From the NCBI GenBank assembly GCA_030390025.1, contig CM059431.1, positions 134,418,001 to 134,482,000 of the forward strand: DNA of 64,000 nt, written 5' to 3'. The DNA comes from Squalus acanthias. Lineage: Eukaryota. The translations under genes and the position numbers were made by a program. A model generated the notes under the pieces. That model was given only the letters and a program-made list of their open reading frames with translations. It had not been told where the DNA came from and did not search any database. Of the stretch, positions 36,740 through 49,250 are shown one piece after another (position 1 is the stretch's first letter; the number at the start of each line of letters is the position of its first letter).

Positions 36740-39180
36740 ATTGGGTTTGCAGGCAGGGTTTGAGGCTAGGATGGAGTCCGTCATACAAGAGTGTTAGACT
36801 CCCAAGGTGGGAGGAGCAGTTTGGGGACTTCAAAACAGCACACAGACCCTTTTAAGGAAATAAGCTCTGGGAGCTTATAAGGCTCAGGGAGCCAAAACAG
36901 GAGATAAGTTCGGGGAGCTTATAGAAGAAGTGGCGTCCGCCATCTAAACTCCAAAGGGGGGGGGTGGGGGGAACAATTTTGGGATTCAAAGCAGTACGTA
37001 GGTGTGAGATTTGGCTTGGGGAGCTGAAATAGGAAAAGAAGTTCAAGGATAGGCAGACAATGGTGGTCTGGTTGTTGGCAGTTTCACTTCAAGTTCATAA
37101 CGAAAAAGAAAAGAATGAGAAATTGATGCAGAAACAGTTAGAGATGGAAACAAGGTTAGGGATTAGAGAATAGCTTTGAGAAACGTTATGAAGAGATGGT
37201 TAAATAGCTACAGAAGGAAGAAGTTTCTGTTGAAAGGGGCCATCTCAAAACAGAGATTGAGATATTTTGGGCACGAAGTGTAAGTTGTGGAGAGGCCTTA
37301 ATCAGTGAACAGCTAGAGAAGAAATGTGAGAGGTGTAAACATAGTCTAAAGGAATGGGGATTGGGAGTTGCAGGACTGAGACCAGCAGGGAGAGAGGCAG
37401 TCGCAGTGGTTCAGGAAAGTAAGCTGAGAAAAGGACTGAGACCCTTGACTGCCCCCTTCCCTCTGTACTCTATGGATGAGATTATACAGCTAATACAGTG
37501 ATTGGATGCTCCCAGCAAGAAGCTGAGCTCACAGAGAGGGTATCTCAAAAAATCACAGCCCAAAGCAAAGATTTATGACTTGTGCTCCCTGCGAGTGTCA
37601 GATCACACAATCTTATATTTTGATACTGGAATATTTGCTGGATGTACTCTCCAAGGAATATTCTCTAAAACTTCTGCAATCTGTGGCAGAGCAAAAGTTA
37701 TTGAATACTTTTTAATTCGGGTTTCTGTCAGAATTTGGCCAATCACAAAGCCTTGCATGTAGTGAGTATTGAGGAAGATATCACTCTGAAGTGACTATTC
37801 TTGTACTGTTGCTTGGGGCGAGAATAAAGAAATCAGTGACTCCAGAGAGTAACTGATCCTACTTCCAATATACTTGGCCTCTTGTAGTGAAGGTGTTTTA
37901 ACAATGAGATACTGTATTCGAGGTGCAATGTTCTCTTTTGCTTTCTTATGAAGTATTCTTCAATTCTGTATGTTGAGACTTGAAATATTTATTTTGTATT
38001 CATCAAGGAAAATCTTCAAATTTGGGCACCCAGTATCAGCACTTCAGCATTCCTGGGTGCATTATTAATAAAATATTGTCTATTCCACCACAACAATATG
38101 CCTTAGCATCTATCTGCACACTGTACAAAAATCTATCACTTACTGCTGGAGTCACTACAATTTGAAGTCCAGCACAGCCAGTGGACTTTAAGTACAGATG
38201 TTTGTAATTCTCAGCACCAGTTTTCCCTAGCATCCCAATCTCATTGAAAAGTATGCCTTCATAGAAATGGATCATGATGAATACCACTCACTGTATTTGA
38301 ACAATTGCTTAGGGCCACTTTAAGGAACTGTTCTTGGCCCTACTCATTTTCTTATCTCAGTAACCTGGTGGAAGTCAAGAAAGGCACTATGATCTCTATT
38401 GATTAATTAACTCCCCATCCAAATGCCAGAGGCAATCAAACCATTGGAGGCAGATACCAATAGATTTGGACAGTGGAAGGATAGACCTGAATACACCATT
38501 AGGCTATATGAATACCTGACTAACCGTAATATTGGGTTCTTCCTCAGAAGCACCTTATCACAGTCTTGATTTCAGTGGCACTGCAAGTCAGGGTGATCAT
38601 AGCTTGACTGGCCATGCCTTCCAAGATGCCACCAACCATTTTTGCAGGTCCTGGCACACTTTTTCAATGTCCTTGGGAAACTTTTCTCCCAGGATCTTGC
38701 TCAGCAGAGAAGCAGAAGTCGAGCTGTGCCATCTACTACAAGGACATCTGCAGCTGCCATATAGCACATTCAGTGGCAGCAATTGTCAGCTGTGGCTTGA
38801 CATTTGGCTCCTGGCATGCTGCAATGTTGACCTATGGGTATGGTGCCATGGGGTGACACAGAGAATCACTGTCCTTGTAACCACCTCATACTTCCATTTC
38901 AGCAGCCATGAAACAGGGGGTCAAGTGCTGGGGTGCTCCGTCACTTGTCTGTTGACTCTTGGCTGTAGTCTCAGGCCTTCACCTTGCATTTCCTTTGCCT
39001 TCATTTTTGCCCATCTCTTCGTCCCTTGCACCTTCAGCCTTGACAAATGCTATTAATATGTTGAGATGCCTTCGGAGATGCTCTAAAATCTTTCATAATT
39101 TCTGATACCTTATTGTGACAAATGAGAATGAAATATTTACTTATCAAAGTAAACAAGAATCCTGAAGTCCAACATCTTAC

Positions 39181-39334
39181 CTGGAGACTGTGAATTTGCT
39201 TTTGAGTGGTTATCCTTTTTCTGTTCCTCCACTCTTTTTAACAATGCCTTTATTTCGTTATCATAATCATTCCACTCTGGGACAATTCGCACAGCAGCTT
39301 TTAGCTTGGGTTCTTTGGTCTTGGGGTTGTTACA
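39181..39334 (-). CDS. UGGT2: UGGT2 penultimate coding exon
   Basis: TTTTAG|CNNPKTKEPKLKAAVRIVPEWNDYDNEIKALLKRVEEQKKDNHSKANSQSP+G|GTAAGA; 154 nt. NNPKTK and KLKAA are UGGT2-type residues. Confidence 0.95.
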
Positions 39335-39489
39335 CTAAAATTTAAAAAAATCCACATTTCTTTTAAAAGCAATATGAGACATTTTTCTCAAGGTGCTGTT
39401 TAGTATGCTGTCAAAAAACTGTAACAAGCTTTTAATAGAAAATAATAGAAAATAAAAAACTTGACTTGCTCCGAATGTAATTCGTTCCT

Positions 39490-39896
39490 AAGAAAGAAAA
39501 AAGACTTGCATTTATATAGCGCCTTTCACGACCACTGTATGTCCCAAAGCGCTTTACAATCAATGAAGTACTTTTTGAAGTGTAGTCACTGTTGTAATGT
39601 GGAAAATGCAGCAGCCAATTTGCGCACAGCAAGCTCTCACAAACAGCAATGTGAAAATGACCAGATAATCTTTTTTTTTAGTGATGTTGATTGGGGGATA
39701 AATATTGGCCAGGACACCGGGGATAGCTCCCCTGCTCTTCTTTGAAATAGTGCCATAGGATCTTTTACGTCCACCTGAGAGAGCAGAATGGGGCTTTGGT
39801 TTTAACGTCTCATCCGAAAGACGGCACCTCCGACAGTGCAGCACTCCCTCAGCACTGCACTGGAGTGTCAGCTTAAATTTTTGTGCTCAAGTCTCA
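39490..39896 (-). mobile_element. SacSINE1/DeuSINE-like SINE lacking its head
   Basis: Tail GAAAGGCGCTATATAAATGCAAGTCTTTTTTCTTTCT on minus; body matches 51414-51840. Confidence 0.85.
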
Positions 39897-40807
39897 AATA
39901 TCAAGGTGATATAATTCAATAAATTTGAATTCATTAAAATCTTTATTCTGCAAATTTAACATCCATTACACATCTATTATATATTAAAAATGGTAGGTGA
40001 TTCACAATATTCCAGTTCAAAATGCATTGAAAATCCCTTTTGTTAACTGTCTTAATAGCATTTTTACTATTTTGTCTGTAGGTGGCACTGTGATAGGGGT
40101 TTTCAATGTTAACAATTAGCAACATTAGCTAAAACTTTAAGTGTGGCAACACCCTAACTGCTACCACAATAACTACGATTTCATGAGGCTGATTTTCACT
40201 CCTTCTGCCCAATGGAAATGGGACGATAGCAAAATTAAAATTCCAGTGGTGAACATATTGCCTCACTTCCCATCCGCCACCATATTCCTACCAGTGTCTT
40301 CATCTGCCTGAATCAGGACAGAGCCTCATGAATTGAGCAAATTGGGATACTATGACATACATAGGACCTCAATGGCATTTTAGCTGCCTACTGAATGGAG
40401 TGACCACACCACTCAGGAGAACCTGGTAGTACAGCAGAAGAAGCCCGAAGAGGTGAGAGTTAAAATTATTTTTGTGGGACCATGAAGAGCAGGATTGTGA
40501 TTAACATGAGCTGCTCCCATCCCAGGCTCTCCAATCCTTGCACCATGATAGCAACTAACTGTGACTAGGTTAAATCTTGATATCGCAATATTATAAAAAA
40601 CATTACATTGTGATTGGCATTTTAATCATACTGGCCCATCTCTAAACTGCAGTGATCTGCATTTTTCAGGTTTTGAGGTTTGATTTTAAAAATAAAACTT
40701 GTAAAATCACTTGTGGAATCGCATCCAGACTCTACTTCATCTCATAATTTTTTGTCTTTTTCTACTTCTCAATCCTTGCCTTTATTTTGTTTCAACGAAC
40801 AGAATAT

Positions 40808-43254
40808 GGGCAAGGTTTTCCCTGCGGAGGCGGGATGGTGACGGGAGAGCTGGTTGGCGGGTTCCGGTATCTGTTCCCGTGTGCAGCCGCTCTCTGAAAA
40901 TGATTTTCCGTAGATTGGCCTTGTTAAGCCTGCCCTGCAGGGTTCCTGGCCAATTAACAGGAAGCGGGTCTGATGACGTCATTTGATGACGCGTCATCAG
41001 CCGGTTTCCTTAAAGGGACCACAGCCACATTGATTTTGACAGTTGTGCTGTCAGTGTTCTACAGCATTGAGGTGCTACAAACACTGACAATCACTGCACA
41101 GAGGGTGCACGGCTGCACCCAGGCTCTCCCATGACTCCCTCCATATGCTTATGGAGGGAGTCACAGCACGCAGGGAGATCCTCTTCCCTTCCAAGGGCGG
41201 AAGAGACCTCCCCAGGACACCAACGCAGCCTGGTTGCACATTGCACAGGAGGGCAAAAGCAAGGATGTCGTCAGGAGTCCCTCTCTGCAGTGGCGCAAAC
41301 CTTTCAATGATCTCAGTAGATCCCGAAACGTTACTGCAAAGCCACACTCAACCTCATCCAGCTGTGCCACTCATCACATCCCCATCACTCTGCCTTCCCT
41401 ACCCTACTCCTGCACATCTTTACTCTCACCAACTTACCTTGCACCTCCACCCATCCCTCTCTATCTACATTGGCCCAAAAATTAGTGTCTCTACGCGAGA
41501 GTACGCACTGTGTACTCTCACGTATTCTGTCTCCAATTGCCAGTTTTCTGCATGCACTGCGCATGCACTGAAAACCGGCACTTGGTGATTTCAAAAGGGG
41601 GCGGTTCCTAGGTGAACCGCGTGCGCGCTACAGGCTGTGCGCACGCAGTGCACTTAGTGCTTTGAACGCGCAGGTAAGCATGGAAGATTTTGCACATAAA
41701 GAAAGGAGGCGTAAGACCCTCTTTTAACAAGGTAAGTAGTTAATTAAGTATTATTTTGAATTTTTTTCAACAGGTATATCTTTTTTAGAGACTTTAAAGA
41801 AAGGTAAGTTTATTTTTATAACTTTAAAAGATTTTAAATTTTTTCAAAAATTTAATTTTTTGTTTAAAGTGGTTAATTTATTTAACTATACTTATTTTAT
41901 TAATGTGATGGTTTTTAAAAAATATTTTATTGAGGTTTAGCTGTTCTTTTGAGGGGGTATAGATTCATAGCTTTCACAGCACTTGCTGTGAAAACTATGA
42001 ATGAAAGATGGTGTGCTGCCATTGGCTCTAACTGAATCACGTGATCCCACAGCTCGCACGAATTAGCTGCGCCTGTGGGATACGGAAGCACTGCACAGCT
42101 GCTGTCTAGAAAATCAAGTTCGTGCGAGCTCGGAATGAAAAGGCAGGCGCGCAGTGAGATATCGCGGGGAAGCCTTACCCCCGCACGAAGGCTCCGTCAT
42201 TAATTTCTGGGCCATTATCACTTCCCCATCTCACTAGCCACCCCTCACACTCACCCATACCAACTAACAACACACAAGGGTAGCCACTTGGGTGTTTTAT
42301 GCAATGTTCATGTAAAGTTTCTGTTAATTAAACCTTAATTTTGGACATTTTGCATTTTTGGACAGATTTATGTGCACCTTTGGAAGCGGCTTAGTGAGTT
42401 GCAGTGAATGGTGAGACATAACGGTACCCCTTGCAATGGTGATGAGCGTGAAAGGAATGGCTTGGGCATTGTAAGGATGCTTTATGGTGTCGGTGTGGGC
42501 TGGTGCCAACCTGGTGTAATCATGCGGCAGCCAGGGTGTACAACGTCAAGGGAAGTAAATCTGGCCATGGTGAGGCCATCCCTGGCCTCCCGGGCAGCTA
42601 TGTGGTCGGGTGCTGATGCCCTGTGTCCTGTGCAGCATCAGTTGATTGCGGAGAAGGTTGGTATTGTTGTTGGTGATGTTGGTGTTGGGGCTGATCGTGG
42701 AGGGATTCAGAGGACCAAGGTGAGACTTTTTCAAGGGCACCGATGTTGCTGGAATAGTTGGCAGCTGAAGTTGAGATGGCAGAAATGATTTGTCAATGGG
42801 GAGAGAGCTTGCTCCAAGGAGGTGACAGTGGATATAGAGTTAATACCACACACTTACAGCCTCTAGACAGATCAAATGTGTCATCCAAATCCTGAAATCA
42901 GACACCTCTGACATTTGAAAGTGAACAGATGTGAGAAATCAACTTTTATACTGCAGTTGCAGCTGTGAATTATTCAGCTCGTTGGAAGACGCGACACACT
43001 CAGCTGACGTGTTTGCCGAATGACGTGAAACACGTTGAAAATCTGTGAAAATAGAAAAAGCCTGGCAAAATAGCAGTTAAAGTGCCTCTCCCGCCACTTG
43101 GTGTTGGGTCTGTTCTGAAGTCGCAGACCCGACACTTTGGAAACTGGCGTGGAGGCGGGATCGCAGCGTGTTGACAACCCGCCGTCAATCATTTTGAATT
43201 TAACAGTTGACCCGCCTCCGAACCCGCCCTCTGAGCGCTGGCAAAATCGTGGCC
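40808..43254. mobile_element. Non-autonomous PIF/Harbinger deletion derivative
   Basis: Termini GGGCAAGGTTTT / AAAATCGTGGCC with 3-bp duplication TAT; Myb remnant on plus (MLMEGVTARREILFP), transposase ends on minus. Confidence 0.85.
41472..42213. mobile_element. Harbinger-type MITE nested in the Harbinger derivative
   Basis: TIRs GGCCCAAAAATTAGTG / CATTAATTTCTGGGCC; duplication ATT; the uninterrupted site CTACATTATCAC is seen in the sister copy at ~17980 (minus). Confidence 0.85.
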
Positions 43255-43402
43255 TATCTGTTCTTAGCCCCCGTTTTTATTTTGTCCCTTTTTTCACAGT
43301 CTGTTTTCAGCTCTCAATGACCAAGCCTCAAGCTTACTAACATTGCTTCTGAGAGTGCCAACAATGTAATATTGACTTTGCAGGATGTAATAGAGTGACG
43401 AC

Positions 43403-43568
43403 CAATATTCCCTCTAAGCTGCGCGGCTGTGCAGTAATGGGAAAGGTCCGCGCAGGCCGCTCACTGGCTTTTACATTGTAAATAGCGCACGTGCACAGAA
43501 ATTTAAAGGGACCGCGCATGAAAAGAAACAGGCCGTGCAGAACAAAGCACAGCTTACAGGAAACATTG
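43403..43568. mobile_element. hAT-type MITE
   Basis: TIRs CAATATTCCCTCTAAGCTGCGC / GCACAGCTTACAGGAAACATTG; 8-bp flanks GTGACGAC / GTAACAAC. Confidence 0.7.
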
Positions 43569-43747
43569 GTAACAACTGCATTAGAAAAGAGGAGCAACGG
43601 CTGAGAAAATATATATCTTAATTGAGTGGTACTGGCATTAATAAATCAACTTGGATTTTAGAAGCATTTGAAAATCAAAATGAAACGGTCAACAAAGCAG
43701 CAGTGCAATCATTGCTCAGTTTATAGTTCTGTATGGAAGCTGCTAAT

Positions 43748-44935
43748 AGGAACCTAGAAACAGCAATAAGCCATTCTGCCCCTCCAGGCTGTTCCACCAT
43801 TCAATTAGATCAAGGCAGGTCTGTATCCTTACTCCATTTACCGACCTTGGTTCCGTAAGCCTTGCCTAACAAAAATCTAGCAATCTCAGTTTTGAAATAT
43901 TCAATTGACCTAGCCTCAACAGCTTTTTGAGGGAGCAAGTTCCAGATTTCAACTACCCTTTGTGTGAAGAAGTGCTTCCTGACATCACCCCTGAACGGCC
44001 TAGCTCTAATTTTAAGGTTATGCCCCCTAATTTTGGACTTTCCCACCAGAGGAAATAGATTCTCCCTACCCTATCAAATCCTTTAATTATCTTAAACACC
44101 TCAATTAGATTACCCTTTAATCTTCTATACTTGAAGGAATAGAAGCCTAGTCTATGCAACCTTTCCTTTTAGCCCCGGTATCATTCTGGTGAATCTGTGC
44201 TGCACCCTGCCTATCCAATCTCTCCTTATAGCTAAAATTCTCCAGTCCTGGCAACATCCTCATAAATCTCCTCTGTACCCTCTCTAGTGAAATCACATCT
44301 TTCCTGTAATGTGGTGACCAGCACTGTACGCAGTTCTAGCTGTGGCCTAATTAGTGTTTTATACAGTTCAAGCATAACCTCCCTGCTCTTATATTCTATG
44401 ATGCGGAGATGCCGGTGTTGGACTGGGGTGGTGAAGATATTCTATGCCACAGCTAATAAAGGAAAGTATCCCGTATGCCTGCTTAACCAGCATATCTACC
44501 TGTCCTGCTACCTTCAGGGATCTGTAGACATGCACTCCAAGGTCCCTCTACATGCACTCCAAGGTCCCTCCAAGATTTATACAACTGTTGCATAATGTCC
44601 ATCTGTTTGTATTCGAGTCCCCTTGAGAGGAAGCCTTTTTAAATTATTCTTTGTACTTATCTAGTAGTCTTTAGTGAAGTTTGTACATGAACCCCTAACT
44701 CTCTCTGCTCTTCCACAGGTCCTAGTTTCTCACCATTTAGAAAATACTCTGAACTATCTTTCTTCATTCCAAAGTGGATGACCTCACACTTCCCCACATT
44801 GAACTCCATCTGCCCACTCACTTAATCTATCAATGACCCTTTGCAATTTTTGGCTCTGATCCCACCTACCACCTTACTGTTGTCAGCAAACTAGGATATA
44901 CGGCTCTCTGTTCCTCCATCCAAGTCATTTAGAAA
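43748..44935 (-). mobile_element. Decayed CR1 LINE fragments
   Basis: ORFs 43810-44046 and 43953-44159 (RGHNLKI..FFTQRVVEIWNLLP; LIEVFKIIKGFDRV); FAD motif near 44885. Confidence 0.85.
44401..44436 (-). mobile_element. 36-bp Penelope tail insertion
   Basis: ATGCGGAGATGCCGGTGTTGGACTGGGGTGG is the reverse complement of 31242-31272; duplication ATATTCTATG at 44391-44400 and 44437-44446. Confidence 0.8.
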
Positions 44936-44939
44936 TATA

Positions 44940-46188
44940 GGCCCCAATTTTCTGGGGTCCGTGAGGGCGGGAATGGAGGCGGGTCGGGTGGGAAATTTGA
45001 AAAAAGTGGGAGCGGGTCAGGAACCCACCATCATCCCGCCCCCATGCACCTTTTTCTTGGGCGTGTTTGCTGGTGCGGCAGCGACCCGACCAGCAGAGGC
45101 AGGCATTGAAATCATTATAATCCTGTTTACAGGCACTTAGGAACCTTTTCCCCCCTACATTTAAAATCTCCCTGTATGGCCACAGAATTCACGCAGCTCA
45201 GGAACCACGTCTGTCAACCTGAGGCAGGAGTTGAGTGGCCATTGCTCCAGCTGATTACTTGACAGCATCAAATACTGTTTAAAAGCTCCCACCTGAGAGC
45301 TGATACACTTTCCTCAGGCAGAAGCTGCTGCTGACTGCATTCCCAGCACAGATTGAGCTTTCTGCAGGCTGCAAGTCTTTCCAGCAAAGTCTCCATCCAG
45401 TCTCACCTCATTGAAAGAACCTCTCTCACCATTGACAGATTGCTTCTGTCAACTCTACTTGACCTGCCATCTCTTCCATCTGCATGGGTGCCATTTATAC
45501 TGTCTCACCTTGTTCCTCAGAATTTGACCAAGGTAAGCTCCAACACCAGCAGCACCAACAACACCACCAACCTTCTCCTCAACACCCTGTTGCTCCACAT
45601 GACAGAGGGCATCAGCTGGAGCAAGACCTGCAGCCCAGAGGAGCAGGTGGACACGCCTGACCAGTAGCTGTCAAAGTCACCAGCGCCCTCAACTTCTTCA
45701 CCTCAGGCTCCTTCCAGGGATCTGCAGCAGACATTTGCAGCATCTCGCAGTCGGCCGCCCACAGATGCATCTCTTTGACAAGTCAGCCAATTATATCAAC
45801 TTTGCCACTGATGAAGCCAGTGTTACTGAACGGGTGCTCGGCTTTGCTGCTCTGGCTGGCTTCCCACGGGTGCAGGGCGTCATTGACTGCACACATGTGG
45901 CCATCAGGGCACCCCATCATCACCCAGGAGTCTTTGCCAACCACAAGGGCTTCCACTTCCTCAGTGTGCAGCTCGTCTGCAATCATAGGAATATCATCAT
46001 GCATGTGTGCGCAAAATTCCCTGGTAGCTGTCATTACTTTTTCATCCTGTGCCAGTCCATCCTGTCTCAGCTCTTCGCACCTCCAAACATACTTTCCAGC
46101 TGGCTGCTTGGAAACAAGGGCTTTCCACTGATAACGTGGCTCCTGACACCCTTGAGGAGGCCAAGTACTGAGGCCGAGGAGAGGTATA
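44940..46188 (+). mobile_element. Harbinger element end with decayed HARBI1-like DDE transposase
   Basis: Terminus [31 protein letters not shown]...[16 protein letters not shown]...AKFPGSCH...[17 protein letters not shown]...EERY in ORF 45735-; later catalytic Asp positions appear mutated; cut at 46189. Confidence 0.88.
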
Positions 46189-49100
46189 GGCCGCGATTTC
46201 CCCTACCTGGGTGGGTCCGTGGCGGGCGAGGTTGGTGGCGGGCCGCGAGCCTGTTGCTGCCTTCATCCCGCTGCAAGAAAGATTTTTCCATAATGGGGCT
46301 TGTTAAGCCCGCCCAGCGCGTTACCCGGCCCAATTAAAAGGTGCAGGTCTGGTATATTTAAGGGGGCCATGGCCCCATTTAATTTCACTTTTCATTTAGG
46401 ACAGCTGAGCCTGCTGATAGTGTTTCTTTGGCTGTAAGATGAGTTCACAGAGGCAGAGGGCTGCACCTCGATTCTGCGATGACTCCCTCCATGTGCTTGT
46501 GGAGGGAGTCAGAGCATGGTGGGAGCTTCTCTTCCCTGCCAGTGGCCACAAGAGACCTCCCCAGGAGACCAAGGCAGCCTGGCTGCAGATAGCGAAGGAG
46601 GTGACAAGCAGGTCTGTGGTCATGAGGACCTGGGTGCAGTGCCGCAAGCGCTTCAATGATCTTGTGAGATCAGGAAAAATGAGTATTAAGCCACACTTAC
46701 CTTCATGCTGCTGTGCCTCTCATCACATCCCCATCACTCTGCCTTCCCAACCCTACTCCAGCACATCCTTACTCACCCCAACATCTCTTGCACCCTCACC
46801 CATCCCTCTCTCTCTATCTACATTATTGCATCCCCATCTTACTAACCACCCCTCACACTCACCCTTATCCTAATGCAATTATACCAACTAACAACACACA
46901 AGGAGGCCACTTGGTATTGCCACCCCACTCCATCATAGTCTCCCTCTAAGTATCTAACCCATCCATTCCTTACACTCATTCCATCACTCTTACTCAACCT
47001 TCTCTTCTTTCCCTCCTTGCAGGAAAAGAGAGCCCACAATAAGAGGGAGAGGGAGAGAACGGGAGGAGGCCCTCTATCGCTAGCAATCCTCATCAGTGCG
47101 GAGGAGTCTGCCCTGGAGATTAGTGGAGCGGTCGACCAGCCGGAAGTGGAGGACGGAGAGAAGGGCTCATCAGACCAACCTGGTGACAGAATCAGTTTCC
47201 ATACAGCTACATGGCATTCATCAGTCACTCATATGGGGGCTGATGTCAAGAGATATTGAATGCTCATCATGTGCATAATGGTATCTGTATACAATCTACA
47301 TAAGATATATCTAACTTCAGCATCACCTGAGACAAGGCAACCCAGCACCAGCGCAGAGACGCACACCTTGGTGGGGCCGTCGCGAGATAGAGTACTGGTG
47401 TCTCACACAGCACATGTGAGCAAGAGCAGATGGTGGAGACAGGGACAGCAGTGGAGACTCCTCGTCGGAGGGCACAGGAGTCTCCCAGCTCTGTTCAGCT
47501 GCATGCTGATGCTGCGCCTCGGGGGCCATCCAGAAAGAGGGCGATCCTGGAGCTGCAGGAACAAGTGCAGGAGGCTCTGACAGGTTTTGCGAGCACGGTG
47601 AGTGCGAGTGTTCAGAGAATCGAGGAATCCTTCTTCAACATGAGCACCACCGTGGCGCAGGTAATCGCGGCTGTAGGTTCCTCCATGAATAGGATGGCCA
47701 CCTGCATGGAGGACTTAATGCGCCAGTCGCACGAGCACATGGTCTCTATGCAAAATAGATGGGCATCTATGGAGGATAGAAACCAGAGGCTCATAGACAT
47801 CCTTTCTAGGAGGGATGTCAGTGTCGACGTGGGTCCTCATGGCCCCACTGATGTACAGCAAGGTGCGCTCCAGCTTCTTGCTAGCAGGGAAGTGCGGGTG
47901 GCCCATGAAATGGACGATGGTGGGAGGGGACATGGAAGTGGGGGCTCCTCTCAAAGCACTTACACTTCTCCCCCATTGCCAACCCCTCAGTCAGAGCCCC
48001 AGATGCCTCCCTGGACAGCGATGGCCGAGTCTGCCCCTGCACAGTTGCAGGAGGAGCAGACTTTGGCGGGGCCCTCATGGGCTCCAAAACCCAAAGGACG
48101 ACTGCCAAAGGCATCTAAGCAGGCACAGCAGGGTAGTGAGGAGGCTGCCTCCACCTCTGCTGAAGCCATGTAGAACCACACGGAAAAGACTGATGCCACG
48201 CAAGTAGGGTCACAAGGGTAGTCACTTGGGTATTTTCTTAAATGTTATTGTAAAGTTTATGTTCAATTCATCTTTTGTATTAAATCATTAATTTTGAAAA
48301 CTTTGCAGTCCTTGACAAATTTGTGTGCACAATTGGAAGTGGCAGACTGAACGGTCAGGGCTACCTTAAGCTCCAGCAATGGTGGTGACTGTGAAAAGAA
48401 TGGACTGGTCATTGTAGGGATGCTTTATGGTGTTGCTGTGGGGTGGTGCCAGCCACATGGCTGTGCTACGTAAATTTAAGTAAATCTGGCCATGATGAGG
48501 CCATCCCTGGCCTCACGGGCAGCAATGTGGTCGCGTACTGGTGGAATCTGGACCGCCGGCTCCTCCAGGTCTTCCTAGTCCTCATCTTCCACCTCATGCT
48601 GCTCCTCCTCCTCCTCGTCTGAAGAGGCTGTGCGCTCTGCGCCTTGTTCCTCCTGCAGCGCTAATCCTTGCTGCTGCGCTATGCAGGGCGCAGCAGACCA
48701 CGACGACTCTGGAGACGCTGGCTGGTGTTTACTGAAGGGCTCCTCCAGATCTGTCCAGGCATCTGAAGCGCATTTTGAGCAACCCTATCGGCTGCTTTAT
48801 GACACTTCTGGTGGAGATGTGGCTTTGATTATAATGTTCCTCAGACTCATTTCTTGGCCTCCTCAAAGCTGTCATGAGTCACGTCTTCAGTGGATAGCCC
48901 TTATCTCCAAGCAGCCAGCCGGTAAATCTGTTTGGAGATGCGAAGAGCTGAGGGACCGTGGACTGGCGCAGGATGAAAGAGTCATGGGAGCTGCCAGGGA
49001 ACTTGGCGTACGCATGCATGATGATCTTCCTATGGTTGCAGACGAGCTACACATTGAGGGAGTGGAAGCCCTTGCGGTTGACAAAGACTGCTGGGTTATG

Positions 49101-49250
49101 ATGGGGTGCCCTGATGGCCACATGTGTTCAGTCGATGACACCCTGTACCCGTGGGAAGCCAGCCAGAGCGGCAAAGTTGAGTGCACGCTCAATGACACTG
49201 GCTTCATCAGTGGAAAAGTTGATATAATTGGTGGGCTTGTCAAAGAGGGT
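46189..49250. mobile_element. Two-gene Harbinger element, truncated on the right: Myb/SANT gene (+) converging on transposase (-)
   Basis: Terminus GGCCGCGATTTCCC; Myb exons at 46439-48173; transposase remnant ~48470-49245 on minus, homologous to 45770-46140. Confidence 0.85.
46439..48173 (+). pseudogene. Harbinger Myb/SANT-like DNA-binding gene (MSANTD/NAIF1-like), about three exons, decayed
   Basis: Exon 1 MSSQRQRAAPRFCDDSLHVLVEGV...AWLQIAKEV...RTWVQCRKRFNDL; expected donor reads ATGAGT at 46679; acceptor TTGCAG then EKRAHNKRERERTGGGP at 47023; 247-aa ORF 47430-48173. Confidence 0.75.

Noticed and set aside
38532..39056. 174-aa ORF in the last UGGT2 intron
   Set aside because: No recognisable domain and a non-ATG start; possibly an old LINE remnant on the minus strand, but too degenerate to call.
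45735..48173. Host HARBI1 or MSANTD/NAIF1 genes
   Set aside because: Several decayed copies with transposon termini, mutated catalytic residues and a mutated splice donor; they are transposon remnants.
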